Numbered from the stretch's first letter, positions 30,809 to 42,134 are shown. The stretch is 64,000 nt of DNA from Terriglobales bacterium (GCA_025462725.1 JAOAPE010000012.1:233942-297941), one strand, 5' to 3'. The notes: generated from the sequence alone by a model not told the origin. Program-made: numbers and translations.

Positions 30809-33016
30809 TTACTTCGTGCAATTTTCCAATACCTGTGCTGCGCGATGGAGAGCCGCGGTCACAGCCGTGAGCTGTTGCTGCGCTCGCTTGGCGTCATTGG
30901 CGTCAATCGCTTCATTCACGCCGGGAACGACGACGGCTGCGTATCCGGTGTATTCGCCGGGAGCATAGATGGCGTGCCGGAACCACGGACGGCGCGGAAG
31001 GCCTTCAGGAATCAGCAGCGCGCGTTCAGCGTCCATCAATCCGCGATTCACTTTCGCGAGCGTTGCGTCGGAGGCGTTTGCGTCGTGCTGGACTTTGGAG
31101 ACCGCCTCGCCAGCGGCGGTGAATCTGCGGGCGGCGATCATGACGCGAGTGAAATCTGGAGAGTCAGGGCCACGAAGTGCCTTTTCGGCGCGCTGGCTCG
31201 CTTTTACCAGATAGCCTTCAATCTCGTGTCCGTAAAGAGCGTAGTCGAGCGGGAGGACATCGGCATCTGCCATGTGCAGCATTTGTATTCCGAAGATGCG
31301 AGCCATTTGCTGTTCGTAGACGAAGGTTGGATCGCCGAATTTCTTGAACCAGGCGAAGTTGTCGAAGACGGAGTGATAGACACCGTAATCGCCGCTGGAA
31401 CCAATGTCACTGGAAGGAACGCCCATCCGCTGGATGAAAGGCGTGTAATCGGAGCCACTACCGAGATCGCCGACAGGAACATCGTTGGTGGCGGTCGCTG
31501 GTGGACGCGTCTGCGAGCCGCCGAGATCCGGTGACGCTGTCGCTGATTCTTCCTGCTTCGCCTTTTTCCAGACATCGTAAACAGTTCCTGATCCGGAGCC
31601 GCTGGGGACTGACATCGTCACCTCGCGAATGAATTGCTTCATGCTGGGAACGGATGAGGCTCCGAATTTTGGGCCGGAAACTGCGACATCCATATTGAAG
31701 TACGCAGCCGCGTTCGTGAGTTCCTTCTCGTGTTCTTCTACCCACTCGGTGGAACCGATGAGGCCGTATTCTTCCGCGTCCCAACTGCCGAAGACGAGAG
31801 TGCGCTTCGGCTTCCATCCCGATTTCAATAGTGCGCCGATGCCGTGAACGGTCTCAAGCATCGCAGCGGTACCGCTGTTGGGATCGACTGCGCCATAGAC
31901 CCAGGCGTCGCGATGATTTCCCGCGAGCACCCACTGCTCGGGCGTTTCAGATCCGGGAACTGTGCCGATGACATCCCAAATGGTGCGGTAAGCGTAGTCC
32001 TGCTGGAGGTCGATTTTCACACGCACTGGTCCCGGACCAACGTGATACGTGAACGGCAGGGCGCCCTGCCATTCGCGAGGTGTCGCAGGCCCGCGAAGGT
32101 TTTCGAGAATGGGAGTGGCGTCGGCGTAAGAGATCGGAGTGGTGGGAAGCTTTGGCAGGCTGGTGACTTGGTCGAGCGGAAGCCGCTTGCTGTCAGGCAA
32201 TGATGTGGTGGAGGCGAATCCGGGAGTTGTGGGATCGCCGGGATACTTAAATAGATACTGAACGGAGCCGCGCTGGACGGCGGAATCCGGCCGCCATGGG
32301 CCAACAGGATACTTGTCACCTTTGATGTACCCGTCATCGATCGGGTCGGAATAGATGATGACCCCGGCCGCGCCATTTTCTTCGGCGACGAAAGATTTCA
32401 CGCCGCGGAAATTTTGTCCGTAGCGGACGATGACGATCTTTCCGCGCACGTCGATGTTCAATTCTTTCAGCTTCTTGAAGTCGGCGGGCGAACCGTAATT
32501 GGCATAGACCACATCGGCTTCGACGACACCGGAAGGCGAGTATCCGTTGAAAGCAGGGAGGACTCGGGGATCGTCTTGGTATGGATCGAGGCCTTTGCCG
32601 ACGTCCTCACGGCGCGGACCGTTCATCTTCACATTCGCCGGAGCAGTCACGGAGACGTTGATTGACTTCGGGTAGTTCATCCAAATCTTGTACTCAACAA
32701 TCTGCGTCTTTAGTCCGGCCTCACGAAATTTTTGCGCGACGTATTCGGCAGTAGCCTTGTCCTCAGGCGTGCCTGCGGCGTGCGGAGCGGAGGTCAGCGT
32801 ACGGAGGTGCTCATCCGCAAGTTTGGTATCAGGAACGGCGATGAACTTGTTGTCCCACTCAGCTTGTTTAGAGAAATCACGGAAGCCGAAGACTTTCTTG
32901 GCGCCAGCGTCCGCGGCAGGGGTGCCGGCCGCGGAAGGTTGTTGAGCGAAAGAGTGTGTGGGGATGAGGCAAAAGGCGAGAAAAAACTTTGCAGATCGGA
33001 CAAGAGGTGAGGACAA
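30809..33016 (-). CDS. M28-family peptidase with PA and transferrin-receptor-like dimerisation domains (glutamate carboxypeptidase II-like)
   Basis: 735 aa with a signal peptide. PA-domain segment RGKIVIVRYGQNFRGVKSFVAEENGAAGVIIYSDP, M28 core FGSWDAEEYGLIGSTEW, and a TFR-dimer-like tail. Confidence 0.8.
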   Translation of the reverse strand: MSSPLVRSAKFFLAFCLIPTHSFAQQPSAAGTPAADAGAKKVFGFRDFSKQAEWDNKFIAVPDTKLADEHLRTLTSAPHAAGTPEDKATAEYVAQKFREAGLKTQIVEYKIWMNYPKSINVSVTAPANVKMNGPRREDVGKGLDPYQDDPRVLPAFNGYSPSGVVEADVVYANYGSPADFKKLKELNIDVRGKIVIVRYGQNFRGVKSFVAEENGAAGVIIYSDPIDDGYIKGDKYPVGPWRPDSAVQRGSVQYLFKYPGDPTTPGFASTTSLPDSKRLPLDQVTSLPKLPTTPISYADATPILENLRGPATPREWQGALPFTYHVGPGPVRVKIDLQQDYAYRTIWDVIGTVPGSETPEQWVLAGNHRDAWVYGAVDPNSGTAAMLETVHGIGALLKSGWKPKRTLVFGSWDAEEYGLIGSTEWVEEHEKELTNAAAYFNMDVAVSGPKFGASSVPSMKQFIREVTMSVPSGSGSGTVYDVWKKAKQEESATASPDLGGSQTRPPATATNDVPVGDLGSGSDYTPFIQRMGVPSSDIGSSGDYGVYHSVFDNFAWFKKFGDPTFVYEQQMARIFGIQMLHMADADVLPLDYALYGHEIEGYLVKASQRAEKALRGPDSPDFTRVMIAARRFTAAGEAVSKVQHDANASDATLAKVNRGLMDAERALLIPEGLPRRPWFRHAIYAPGEYTGYAAVVVPGVNEAIDANDAKRAQQQLTAVTAALHRAAQVLENCTK

Positions 33017-33109
33017 GCGTGCGCTCCTGATTTGCGGATGAAGATTGCAGATCTTAAGGAAAACAGCTTACACCATTCGCGAGAGTTGAGGGGCAGTCGG
33101 CGGTTACGT

Positions 33110-34036
33110 TTAACCAGTAACGGGAACGCTGGCGGGAGTCAGTCGTTGCTTGGCCCCGGAACGAACAGGCTCAGCTTCCGAAGCAGTCTTCAGCCATGAC
33201 TTGATCGCCGGTAGCGCGGCCACTGCGGCGGCTTCGCCAACTTTCACAAGCTCTGACGCTTTGTGAAATGCGTCGTAGGCAAAGGCTTCGACGTGAGGTT
33301 CGAGGACGGCGTCGGCATTCAATTGCCATTGTCCGCACATTCGCGATTGCGCGATTGAGAAGCACTGGCCGATCACGTCCATAAAATGACGCGGGCCGGA
33401 AGTTCCTACCCAATGCGATTTGAAGTACACGGCAACGACACGATCGGCACCCATCTGCTTGAGAGGCGTGGTGGGGACTGGATGCGCGAGTAGGCCGTCC
33501 ACCATGAGACGTCCGTTCACGGCGACAGGAAGAAATGCGCCAGGGTACGCGCAACTGGCGCGCAGAGCATCAATCAATGGGCCGGATGTGAATACGACGG
33601 AATCGCCGGAAGCGAATTCTGTTGCAGAGACTGCGAGTGGAATCCGTAATTCTTCAAACGTCTGAACTTTCAAAATACGTTTGAGGAGGTTGATCATTGG
33701 ATCGGTGGTCCAAAGTCCCAAACGAGAGATGGTGAGGCGGGCGAAGTCGCTGAACTTTAACAGGGCTGCAATCTCTTCGAGTTCCTTGGCGCACACCCCG
33801 CTGGAATACATAGCCGCAATGACTGCGCCGCTGCTGGTACCGGCGATGTAGTCGATGGGTATCCCTTCTTCTTCGAATACCTTAAGGACACCAACGTGGG
33901 CGACGCCGCGAGCAAACCCGCCACCTAGAGCTAATCCGATCTTTGGCCGGGGAACTTGCTTCTCCGCCTGATGCGGACGCAGTAGCTCGCCTTTAAAGGC
34001 GTTGACGCTCCGCATGATTCGACTGAACCGATCCAC
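33110..34036 (-). CDS. Patatin-like phospholipase
   Basis: GLALGGGFARG oxyanion motif, GTSSG nucleophile elbow, and VDGLL (the DG of the catalytic dyad). Confidence 0.85.
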   Translation of the reverse strand: MDRFSRIMRSVNAFKGELLRPHQAEKQVPRPKIGLALGGGFARGVAHVGVLKVFEEEGIPIDYIAGTSSGAVIAAMYSSGVCAKELEEIAALLKFSDFARLTISRLGLWTTDPMINLLKRILKVQTFEELRIPLAVSATEFASGDSVVFTSGPLIDALRASCAYPGAFLPVAVNGRLMVDGLLAHPVPTTPLKQMGADRVVAVYFKSHWVGTSGPRHFMDVIGQCFSIAQSRMCGQWQLNADAVLEPHVEAFAYDAFHKASELVKVGEAAAVAALPAIKSWLKTASEAEPVRSGAKQRLTPASVPVTG

Positions 34037-34144
34037 AAGCTACCTCTGGCCCCGGTATTTCGGATGCCCGTATGCTGGATTGGATGCGGATGGATGCTGG
34101 AATGCTGCTGGCGTTGTGCAATTCTGGCGGACGAGTATTCGACT

Positions 34145-34177
34145 AGGATTGAACTAGGATTGGATCAGGATTGAACT
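34145..34177. repeat. Three tandem 11-nt units (AGGATTGAACT / AGGATTGGATC / AGGATTGAACT)
   Basis: Seen directly. A GGATGC-rich periodic stretch lies at 34073..34110. Confidence 0.5.
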
Positions 34178-34302
34178 AGCCGATACCAGATTCCGAGCAC
34201 GGCAATCAAACCTAAGGAAATGATGATTCCAAATCGTAGTTTGCGACGGATGGCCCGGCGTGAACTTCGTGCACGGCTGCGTCGGGATAGTTGTGAACTC
34301 AT
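34165..34302 (-). CDS. Possible 45-aa Arg-rich single-TM peptide downstream of the polysaccharide export gene
   Basis: MSSQLSRRSRARSSRRAIRRKLRFGIIISLGLIAVLGIWYRLVQS. Internal ATG of ORF 34165..34452. No clear SD. Confidence 0.25.
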   Translation of the reverse strand: MSSQLSRRSRARSSRRAIRRKLRFGIIISLGLIAVLGIWYRLVQS

Positions 34303-34330
34303 CGTCCGGTATGAAAGTTCGTGGGTGGCG

Positions 34331-35350
34331 TTATCGGCGGTAAACGGCAAGACCCGTCGCGGTCTGAACCACTGCTTCCAGAGTACGGCGGGCGGCGTTT
34401 TTGCCTGCGCTGGCAGGTACGAAAAGAACGTCTTCACCACGCATGGCAACATCCGGAGACTTGCCTTCCAGTATCTTCTTCAACGGAACTAAAATTTCTT
34501 CGAGGCCGGTGGGCGTCTTGCGAATGATCTTTGCGCCATTGGGGGCGGCGGATCTGCCAAGTCCCTCGGCCAATGCAAGCGCTTGCAGAACGGTAAGGCT
34601 CTCGTTGTTTTCCATCACGAAACCGCTGGGCTTGGTGACCTCACCAACAACGTAAACAATCCCCGCTTTGGAAACGACGATAGTGTCGCCGGGGTTGATC
34701 TCAACGTTGCTCAGAGAAGATTTTGTTGGGTCGTTAGAAAGCGTGATCAGTTGAGGATCATTCGGAGTATCGCGATGCGCGATGCTGACAATCTTGCCCG
34801 CTTTGGTGGTAGTGCCTCCGGCCAATGAGAGTGCGTCGAAAAGTCGTCGAGCGCCGATCAACGCGTAATATCCGGGACGCGCAACTTCGCCCATGACGGA
34901 AATCCCAGCAGTAGCGTATTCCTTCACGAAGACGGAGACGTGAGGGTCGCGGAGGAATCCGCCTTCTTTTAGCTTCTGCTCGATCAACTTCTCTGATTGC
35001 TCAGCGGTCAAGCCGTCGAGATGAACGGTTCCCACCAAGGGCAGTGAGACGTCTCCACGAGCGCTGATGCGGACGGAGTCGCTGAGTTCGGGAACCCCGA
35101 AAACTTTTATGTCTAAGAGATCGCCGCCGCCGACTTTCAGCGTGCGGAGAGCGTCATTTTTGGAAGCTGTATCGACCGGTGTAGCAGCTTCTGTCTTTGT
35201 TGCTGCTGGTGGCCGAACCGCGGTATTCGGCTCAGAAGATTGCGCAAAAAGAGCGGGGCAGAAAAACAAAACGATGAACAGCAACTCGCGGTAAGAACCG
35301 CCGAAGCGAGCGGAGTAGCTCTGCGATTGCTTCAAATGAGGACCTCTCAA
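34331..35350 (-). CDS. Polysaccharide export protein (Wza-like, Poly_export plus SLBB domains)
   Basis: GDLLDIKVFGVPELS...VSLPLVGTVHLDGLTAEQSEKLIEQKL and SLBB-like GDTIVV/VYVVGEV segments. Confidence 0.85.
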   Translation of the reverse strand: MRGPHLKQSQSYSARFGGSYRELLFIVLFFCPALFAQSSEPNTAVRPPAATKTEAATPVDTASKNDALRTLKVGGGDLLDIKVFGVPELSDSVRISARGDVSLPLVGTVHLDGLTAEQSEKLIEQKLKEGGFLRDPHVSVFVKEYATAGISVMGEVARPGYYALIGARRLFDALSLAGGTTTKAGKIVSIAHRDTPNDPQLITLSNDPTKSSLSNVEINPGDTIVVSKAGIVYVVGEVTKPSGFVMENNESLTVLQALALAEGLGRSAAPNGAKIIRKTPTGLEEILVPLKKILEGKSPDVAMRGEDVLFVPASAGKNAARRTLEAVVQTATGLAVYRR

Positions 35351-35410
35351 CAGGGGGAACGCTCAGTGTAGCAGAGTTGAAACGCGCGTCTCAGCAGTTT
35401 TTGGGTTGGT

Positions 35411-36487
35411 TTAACGCTGCGATCGGCGAGCGCGCTCATATTGCGGCGGCCAGTGCTCAGGCTGGTGCAATTCGTAAGCAGCCCGCCGCGGCCAATAGGG
35501 ATCGCGAAGCAGTTCGCGTGCTAGGAATACAGCGTCGGCTTGCCTTGTACGGATTGTCTGATCTGCCTGCAAGGACGAAGTGATCATGCCTACCGCGCCG
35601 GTGGGGATGTTTGCGGACTTCCTGATCTGTTCCGCAAATGGGACTTGGTATCCAGGTCCGACAGGAATCTTTGCGTTCGGCACCAGACCTCCCGAGGAGC
35701 AATCAATGAGATCAGCACCGAGCGACTTCAATTGTTTTGCCAGTTCCACCGATTGCTCGATGTCCCATCCACCTTCGACCCAATCACTGGCGGAGATTCT
35801 GACAAAGACGGGCAGCTCTTCCGGCCAAACATTTCGAACCGCTGAAAGAACGTCACGGATGATGCGTGTGCGATTCTCAAAAGACCCGCCATACTCATCT
35901 GTGCGCTGGTTGCTCAATGGTGAGAAGAAGGAGTGAAGGAGATATCCATGCGCGGCGTGGATTTCGATAACGCGAGCACCGGTAGCATGCGCGCGATTGG
36001 CGGCTTGTACAAAATCGCTGATAACTTTTTTTAAGTCTCCCGCGGTCATCTCCTTTGGAGTTTGATAGCCGTCGTCGAACGGAATGGCACTGGGAGCCAA
36101 GATTGGAGACCATCCGCCTTGTGCTGGAGAGATGGGGACGCCTCCTTTCCACGGCTCGTTCGTGCTGGCTTTTCTTCCAGCGTGCGCCAGTTGCATTCCG
36201 GCGACGGAGCCCTGCTCGTGGATAAAACGAAAAATCGTGGCGAGGGACTCAACATGCTCATCTTTCCAAATGCCCAAGTCCGCCGGAGTAATGCGCCCTT
36301 CAGGGCTTACAGCGCTGGCTTCGCTGAGCACGAGCGCAGCCCCTCCGACGGCGCGGCTGCCTAAATGTACGAGGTGCCATTCGTTAGCAAATCCATCATG
36401 GCTGGAGTATTCGCACATGGGTGACACGAAAATGCGATTGCGGAACTCTAGTGAACGTAGACGAAGCGGATCGAACAATTTCGGCAT
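35411..36487 (-). CDS. NADH:flavin oxidoreductase, Old Yellow Enzyme family (YqjM/NamA-like)
   Basis: MPKLFDPLRLRSLEFRNRIFVSPMCEY, HAAHGYLLHSFFSPLSNQRTDEYGGSFENR. Start placed at the internal ATG 36487. Confidence 0.85.
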   Translation of the reverse strand: MPKLFDPLRLRSLEFRNRIFVSPMCEYSSHDGFANEWHLVHLGSRAVGGAALVLSEASAVSPEGRITPADLGIWKDEHVESLATIFRFIHEQGSVAGMQLAHAGRKASTNEPWKGGVPISPAQGGWSPILAPSAIPFDDGYQTPKEMTAGDLKKVISDFVQAANRAHATGARVIEIHAAHGYLLHSFFSPLSNQRTDEYGGSFENRTRIIRDVLSAVRNVWPEELPVFVRISASDWVEGGWDIEQSVELAKQLKSLGADLIDCSSGGLVPNAKIPVGPGYQVPFAEQIRKSANIPTGAVGMITSSLQADQTIRTRQADAVFLARELLRDPYWPRRAAYELHQPEHWPPQYERARRSQR

Positions 36488-36693
36488 GCGTCTTGGATGC
36501 TCCTGTTTGCGCGACTGGGTGCAATTTAAGAAATGAGCCTGATCACTCCGCAATTGGTTGATTTTCCAGTTGCACTTCGGTGAATGCTGACCGTCAGAGA
36601 TGCTGCAAATTCATCAGCTCTGCAAAAACCCGGAATCGTGTGCACCCTGCAAGGCACGGCGGCATCTGACCGAGTTCAAACAGGGGAAATTCG

Positions 36694-37461
36694 ATGAATC
36701 AGACGTCAAGAATTCACGGAAGACATCGCGGAAACGGAAACGCTCAAGGCATTCAGCGTTGGGGTTCCCTGATCGGCGGAAGTGCGCTGGCAATCTATGG
36801 ACTTACCCGGCGCTCGCCAGTAGGTCTTGCGCTCGCAACACTAGGCGGAGTTGTTGCAATCAGTGGGGCTAAAGCAAACGCACTTGAGGAACCCGCGACA
36901 CAGAGCAGTGTCCTTATCAACGGCTCACCTGAAGAAGCGTACCGGTTCTGGCACGACTTCGAGCATTTTCCGCTTTTCATGAACCACTTGGAGTCCGTCA
37001 CGGTTACCGGTCAAGGACGTTCCCGCTGGGTTGCAGTAGGTCCGCTGGGAACCAAATTCCGGTGGGATGCGGAGATTGTAAACGAACAGACGAATCAATC
37101 GATCGCGTGGCGTTCGCTTCCGGGTTCAGAGATCGAGGTAGATGGTTACGTTCAATTTGAACCCGCTCCGGGAAACCGGGGAACGCTGATTTCAGCACGT
37201 ATTCGATACCGTCCCCCGGCAGGAGCTCTGGGTCATGCCGTTGCCAAAATGCTCGGCAAAGACCCGAACTTTCTTATGAGGCAGGATCTGCGTCGCCTGA
37301 AAGCCTTGATGGAAGCGGGTGAGATCCCCACGACTGATGGGCAGACGCACGGCCCGCGCTCAGTCACCGCGGCCGCAGCTCGATTCGTTGATCCGGATCG
37401 GCCATTTAAGGGAGATGTCGAAGTAGCCGAAGTATTCAGCCAATTAAGGAGAGTGTCATGA
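36694..37461 (+). CDS. SRPBCC (cyclase/dehydrase) protein with an N-terminal membrane segment
   Basis: N-terminal [14 protein letters not shown]...[12 protein letters not shown] hydrophobic region, then [23 protein letters not shown]...FRWDAEIV. Confidence 0.7.
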   Translation: MNQTSRIHGRHRGNGNAQGIQRWGSLIGGSALAIYGLTRRSPVGLALATLGGVVAISGAKANALEEPATQSSVLINGSPEEAYRFWHDFEHFPLFMNHLESVTVTGQGRSRWVAVGPLGTKFRWDAEIVNEQTNQSIAWRSLPGSEIEVDGYVQFEPAPGNRGTLISARIRYRPPAGALGHAVAKMLGKDPNFLMRQDLRRLKALMEAGEIPTTDGQTHGPRSVTAAAARFVDPDRPFKGDVEVAEVFSQLRRVS

Positions 37462-38660
37462 AAGCAGTTTGCTGGATGGGTGTGGACAAAATCAGCGTCG
37501 AGACAGTTCCTGATCCCAAGATTCTCAACCCACGTGATGCGATCGTCCGTATCACGAGTACCTGCATCTGCGGTTCTGACCTGCATTTGTACAACGGTTT
37601 TGTCCCAACGATGGAGCAGGGTGACATTCTGGGACACGAGTTCATGGGCGAAGTTGTGGAGGTTGGCCCAGGGATCAACCGCGACAAACTAAAAGTTGGC
37701 GACAGAGTGGTTGTGCCATTCACGATCGCGTGCGGGAACTGCTTCTTCTGCAAGAGCCAGCTCTGGTCATGCTGCGATAACTCGAATCCGAACTACTGGA
37801 TCGCCGAAGAGATCATGGGCTATTCACCCTCTGGACTGTTCGGCTACACACACATGTTGGGTGGATACTCCGGCGGACAAGCCCAATACGCACGCGTACC
37901 ATTTGCGGATGTTGGGCCACTGAAAATTCCTGCCGGTATTCCTGACGAGAAAGTCGTCTTCCTTTCCGACATATTTCCCACCGGCTACATGGCGGCGGAA
38001 AACTGTGACATCGAACCCGGGGACACAGTTGCAATCTGGGGCTGCGGACCGGTTGGGCAATTCGCTATTCGGAGTTGTTTCATGCTCGGTGCGGAACGCG
38101 TGATCGCGATTGACCGCATTCCTGAGCGATTGCAGATGGCGAAAGAGGGTGGCGCAGAGACCATCAACTTCGATGAGGTAGATGATCTGATCCAATTGCT
38201 GAAGGATATGACAGGAAACATCGGGCCTGATTCATGCATGGACGCCGTTGGTATGGAAGCTTTCGGACACGGTATCGGCTACATGATGGACAGGACGAAA
38301 CAGATGTTGAGGATCGAGACGGATCGGCCCATCGCGCTGCGCGAGGCCATACAGGCCTGTCGAAAGGGTGGAACTGTGTCCGTGCCGGGCGTGTACGGCG
38401 GATTCATCGACAAGGTTCCCATGGGAGCATTCATGAATAAAGGACTCGCCATGAAGACCGGTCAGACGCACATGATGCGCTACATGAAACCGTTGCTCGA
38501 TCGAGTGGAACGCGGCGATATTGACCCGAGCTTCGTGGCAACTCACCGTCCGCCGATCGACCTTGCACCGGAGATGTACAAGATGTTCCGTGACAAACAA
38601 GACCAATGCATAAAGGTGGTAATGGACCCGTGGGCTAACGGAGCAAGAGCCGCCGCTTAG
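37458..38660 (+). CDS. Zinc-dependent alcohol/formaldehyde dehydrogenase family (MDR)
   Basis: [37 protein letters not shown] overlap with the upstream gene. Confidence 0.85.
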   Translation: MKAVCWMGVDKISVETVPDPKILNPRDAIVRITSTCICGSDLHLYNGFVPTMEQGDILGHEFMGEVVEVGPGINRDKLKVGDRVVVPFTIACGNCFFCKSQLWSCCDNSNPNYWIAEEIMGYSPSGLFGYTHMLGGYSGGQAQYARVPFADVGPLKIPAGIPDEKVVFLSDIFPTGYMAAENCDIEPGDTVAIWGCGPVGQFAIRSCFMLGAERVIAIDRIPERLQMAKEGGAETINFDEVDDLIQLLKDMTGNIGPDSCMDAVGMEAFGHGIGYMMDRTKQMLRIETDRPIALREAIQACRKGGTVSVPGVYGGFIDKVPMGAFMNKGLAMKTGQTHMMRYMKPLLDRVERGDIDPSFVATHRPPIDLAPEMYKMFRDKQDQCIKVVMDPWANGARAAA

Positions 38661-38699
38661 CCGAACCAAATCACATTCATACTGAAGGGAGTTTTTCTG

Positions 38700-39146
38700 A
38701 TGGCTGGATTGGGTATTGACGACGCCATGCCGAGAGTGATCAATTCGAAAACGCACTCGGCGATTGATTACGTGCACGCGGCAACAAACTTTATTGCCGG
38801 GGCGATATTCCGTAAAAGCAATGTCCGCGCATCAAATGCGGCATTCGCATTGGGCGCAGGAGTTTTGGCCAATGCTTTAATGACGGACTATGAACTGGGA
38901 GTATTCCGGCTTTACAGCTTCAAAGTGCACGGCATTCTTGACTATGGAGTGGCGGCCACCAGTGCCGCTCTTCCGGCCATGCTGAAAATTCAGGATACTC
39001 GTGAAGCTGCCTATTTCTATGCACAGGGCGCGGGAGAGAGCGTCATCGCGGGTATCTCCGATTACGATGACAACTCCGGAGCACGGAGGCAAATGCGTTT
39101 GGTTGGATCGCGGTACAAACTCCGCGGCCCGCGGCAGGCAGCGTGA
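38700..39146 (+). CDS. Hypothetical protein
   Basis: 148-aa ORF with moderately hydrophobic segments. No family recognised. Confidence 0.4.
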   Translation: MAGLGIDDAMPRVINSKTHSAIDYVHAATNFIAGAIFRKSNVRASNAAFALGAGVLANALMTDYELGVFRLYSFKVHGILDYGVAATSAALPAMLKIQDTREAAYFYAQGAGESVIAGISDYDDNSGARRQMRLVGSRYKLRGPRQAA

Positions 39147-39179
39147 TCATACCGATGGGGCGGCGAGAGTCGCCCCAAG

Positions 39180-42041
39180 CTATTTTGGCTCTGGCGCGTC
39201 CTTCTTCTTGTCCCCCTTGAATAGTTTTCCAAAGAATCCTTTAACGCCGCCGCCCTTCTTCTTGTCGGGAGTCTCGTCCGCGAGAGAAGCTTTTGCATCC
39301 GCCTGTTTGCCCTTCCCCTTAAAGAAGCTGGCAATTTTTTTCGTGTCGAGGCCGGGTGCAAACATTTGAAGCTTGATGTCGGCAAGCTTTCGCAGGTCGG
39401 GCGCAAATTTGTACTTCTGCATGGTTCCGGTGATCACAACCGGGATTACAAGTTCACCGTTGCGATTGCTCAGCGCCACGTTTATGGAATTTCCTACTTT
39501 GTTGCCAGTGATCTGCTGACTGATGGCCTTCGAAAATGTTGCGACAAGATGCAGATTGACGCTTTGATCCACAAGGTTAATGCCACCTTCGGCGGCCAAT
39601 GATGCGTCCTCAAGTGCGATCTTCAGGTTGTTGGTTTCGGCCAGACCGTTAGTGAGTTTCATGTCGCCCGTCATCTTGACGATTTTGGTGAACGACTTCT
39701 TCTGCTGCCCGGTACGAAGAGACTGCATCAGCGCCGCCAACTCATAAACGAGGTCAACGGCCATGATCTTGCCATCGGCCATGTTTACGGAAAGATTTCC
39801 GTTGAGACTTTGAGCGATGCTGTCCGGTCCGGTTCCGGAAAAACTTGTCTGCGCATTAGCGGCGAGAATCCCGAAGAGCATCTGCTTGATTGAGGACACC
39901 GAAGAGAGCAGTTGGTTGGCATCCACTTTTTGGAATGAGCTGCTGACGGAATAACTGATAGGCACGCTGCGCATGTCCGTAGTGATGGAACCGGTCTGTG
40001 TTCCTCCGAACATCTCGGCGGTGAGCGGCGCCAGCTTGACGATGCCGTGGTCCAACTTCACGGTCGAGCGCGCATGGTTCAACACAATCTGGTCATTGAC
40101 GATCTTGTTGATGGAGAGAGTGCCCGATCCGGTCGTCCGATTAAGGATGGTGGATTCGGCCGTGACCTTCGCCGCTTCAGCGGTAGGAACAAGTTGGAAA
40201 AAGTCAGCTCGGGCGCGCTTAGCGGGTGCGGGTCCGGGTGCGAGCATGGCTTGCAGTTCCACCACGTTGACAGTGTCAGCCGCGAGATTGAAGGTGACAT
40301 CCGGCGAAACGAAATTGCGGACCGTCATCGTGCCGTTTGCGGTAGTGTGTCCTAGCGAGGCCGTCAGTCCATCGATAGAAGCCGAGTTCTGCGTGAAGTG
40401 CATGTTCGCATTTTGAATTCTTATTGGCTGTGTGACATATGGCGTGCTCACGGAGGCATTTTGGATGGCAGCCGTTCCGCCGAAGTGAAGATCGGCAGGT
40501 CGCTTCGCCGGACCATCGGCGTTCACATCAAGCGACAGCGTTCCGGAACCCTTGATTCCTTCAACAGCCGTGACCCCAAAGGTGCGGGCAATGTCTATGA
40601 TGTTGGCGATGTCGGCGTGATTGGCGCGGACGGTGGCATTGATCTGGGGATCGTCGCCAGCGTATTGCATCACCGCTGCACGGACGTTGACAGAAGTATT
40701 CGATGTGCTGGCGGTGAAATCGTTTGACTGGATCGCTTCAGGGGTCATCGTCAACTCGATAGCGCCGACCTTTACGGGTTGGGGAAGTTGATTTCCGGTA
40801 GCGACCAGATCAACCGCTGAGACTGTTCCATTCAACGCAGGCAAGGGAAGCGGCCCCTGGGCGTGGACATCTGCACTCAACCTGCCCGTGACCCTAACAC
40901 CCGGATTGAAAGCGATTCCGAATGCGGAGGCCAAACGCGCTGCTTCAGCGAGTTCGGCATTTTTGGCGGAGACCTGAATATCGAGCTGCGTGGGCGTGCC
41001 GCCCAGATTCACACTGCCGCTCACAGCCAGTGGCGTTGAGCCAAGATTCACTTGCGCATTCTTTATGTGCGCAATGTTGGGTGCAAGGTCGTAGCTGACG
41101 TCATAAACAGCTTTGATGGGATATCCGATATCAGTTCCGTGAATTCGCGACTGCTCGATGCTAAGGTCGCCTTTGGAAGCGATCTGGCCTTTAAGGTTCT
41201 GCAATTCAGTAGTGCCCGAGACGGTCGCTTCCATGTCATTCAAAGCATCCGCGTGAGCGTATTGCTGCACTGCCGAGAGTGGAACTTTGTCCAGCGTGAG
41301 CTTGCCGGAAAAGGGAGTGTCGAGAATCTTGTCGAGGTTCACAGGGCCGGCATCGCCCTGTAATTTGGCGCTGGGATCGCCTTGTCCGGGAAGATGAACG
41401 GCGACATCGAACTGCATCTTCTTGCTAAGGGCAACGTCGCCGAGGGCGATATCAATGTGCTGGTAAACAGATCGTGGCTGATGTGCTTGGTCGTCAGTGA
41501 TCGCGATCTCTCCGTCCGTGATTGCTACATGGTCAAGCGCAATACGGGAAAGATTGGCCTGCGCGCTGGAGGTTTGCGGTTGTTGCGCTGGAGTTGTAGC
41601 GGGCGCAGTCGGCGCTGTATCTGGATTAGGATTTGCGGGCGCGGCAGGTGCGGGCACTTTGCCGAGGCTGGAGAAATTCCATACGCCTTCAGCATTTTTT
41701 GCTAACTCGATCTGAGGACGCTTAAGTTCGAGTGCCGCAATCTCCAGATTTCCTGTAAGCAACGGCATGAACTTCAGGCGAAGGGAAACCGAGTCGGCGA
41801 CGGCAAAGGCGTGTCCAGTAGCGAAGGCTGGGTCTTCGGCAATATCAACATGGTCGACGCGTATGGCCGGGGGCAGGATTCCAAGATGCATTTGTCCCAC
41901 AGAGACTTTGCGGTGCAGCAAGGTCTCGAGTTCGGCTTGAACTTTGTCGTGGTACTTATTTATGTCGATGAAGAACGGAAGGACAAATAACACCAGCAAC
42001 AACGCCAAGGTTATGCCTGCGGCATACCAGAGTTTACGCAT
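39180..42041 (-). CDS. AsmA-family outer-membrane biogenesis protein
   Basis: 953 aa. N-terminal anchor MRKLWYAAGITLALLLVLFVLPFFIDINKY, a long beta-rich body, and the AsmA C-terminal region. Confidence 0.8.
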   Translation of the reverse strand: MRKLWYAAGITLALLLVLFVLPFFIDINKYHDKVQAELETLLHRKVSVGQMHLGILPPAIRVDHVDIAEDPAFATGHAFAVADSVSLRLKFMPLLTGNLEIAALELKRPQIELAKNAEGVWNFSSLGKVPAPAAPANPNPDTAPTAPATTPAQQPQTSSAQANLSRIALDHVAITDGEIAITDDQAHQPRSVYQHIDIALGDVALSKKMQFDVAVHLPGQGDPSAKLQGDAGPVNLDKILDTPFSGKLTLDKVPLSAVQQYAHADALNDMEATVSGTTELQNLKGQIASKGDLSIEQSRIHGTDIGYPIKAVYDVSYDLAPNIAHIKNAQVNLGSTPLAVSGSVNLGGTPTQLDIQVSAKNAELAEAARLASAFGIAFNPGVRVTGRLSADVHAQGPLPLPALNGTVSAVDLVATGNQLPQPVKVGAIELTMTPEAIQSNDFTASTSNTSVNVRAAVMQYAGDDPQINATVRANHADIANIIDIARTFGVTAVEGIKGSGTLSLDVNADGPAKRPADLHFGGTAAIQNASVSTPYVTQPIRIQNANMHFTQNSASIDGLTASLGHTTANGTMTVRNFVSPDVTFNLAADTVNVVELQAMLAPGPAPAKRARADFFQLVPTAEAAKVTAESTILNRTTGSGTLSINKIVNDQIVLNHARSTVKLDHGIVKLAPLTAEMFGGTQTGSITTDMRSVPISYSVSSSFQKVDANQLLSSVSSIKQMLFGILAANAQTSFSGTGPDSIAQSLNGNLSVNMADGKIMAVDLVYELAALMQSLRTGQQKKSFTKIVKMTGDMKLTNGLAETNNLKIALEDASLAAEGGINLVDQSVNLHLVATFSKAISQQITGNKVGNSINVALSNRNGELVIPVVITGTMQKYKFAPDLRKLADIKLQMFAPGLDTKKIASFFKGKGKQADAKASLADETPDKKKGGGVKGFFGKLFKGDKKKDAPEPK

Positions 42042-42134
42042 GTCTACCCCGAGGGTCGAGAAAGTAAAAAACAGATGTAGGGAGGAGTCCCTTGTTTACA
42101 ACAAAGGTAATGGTGAGTCAAGAATTGCTTTTCA

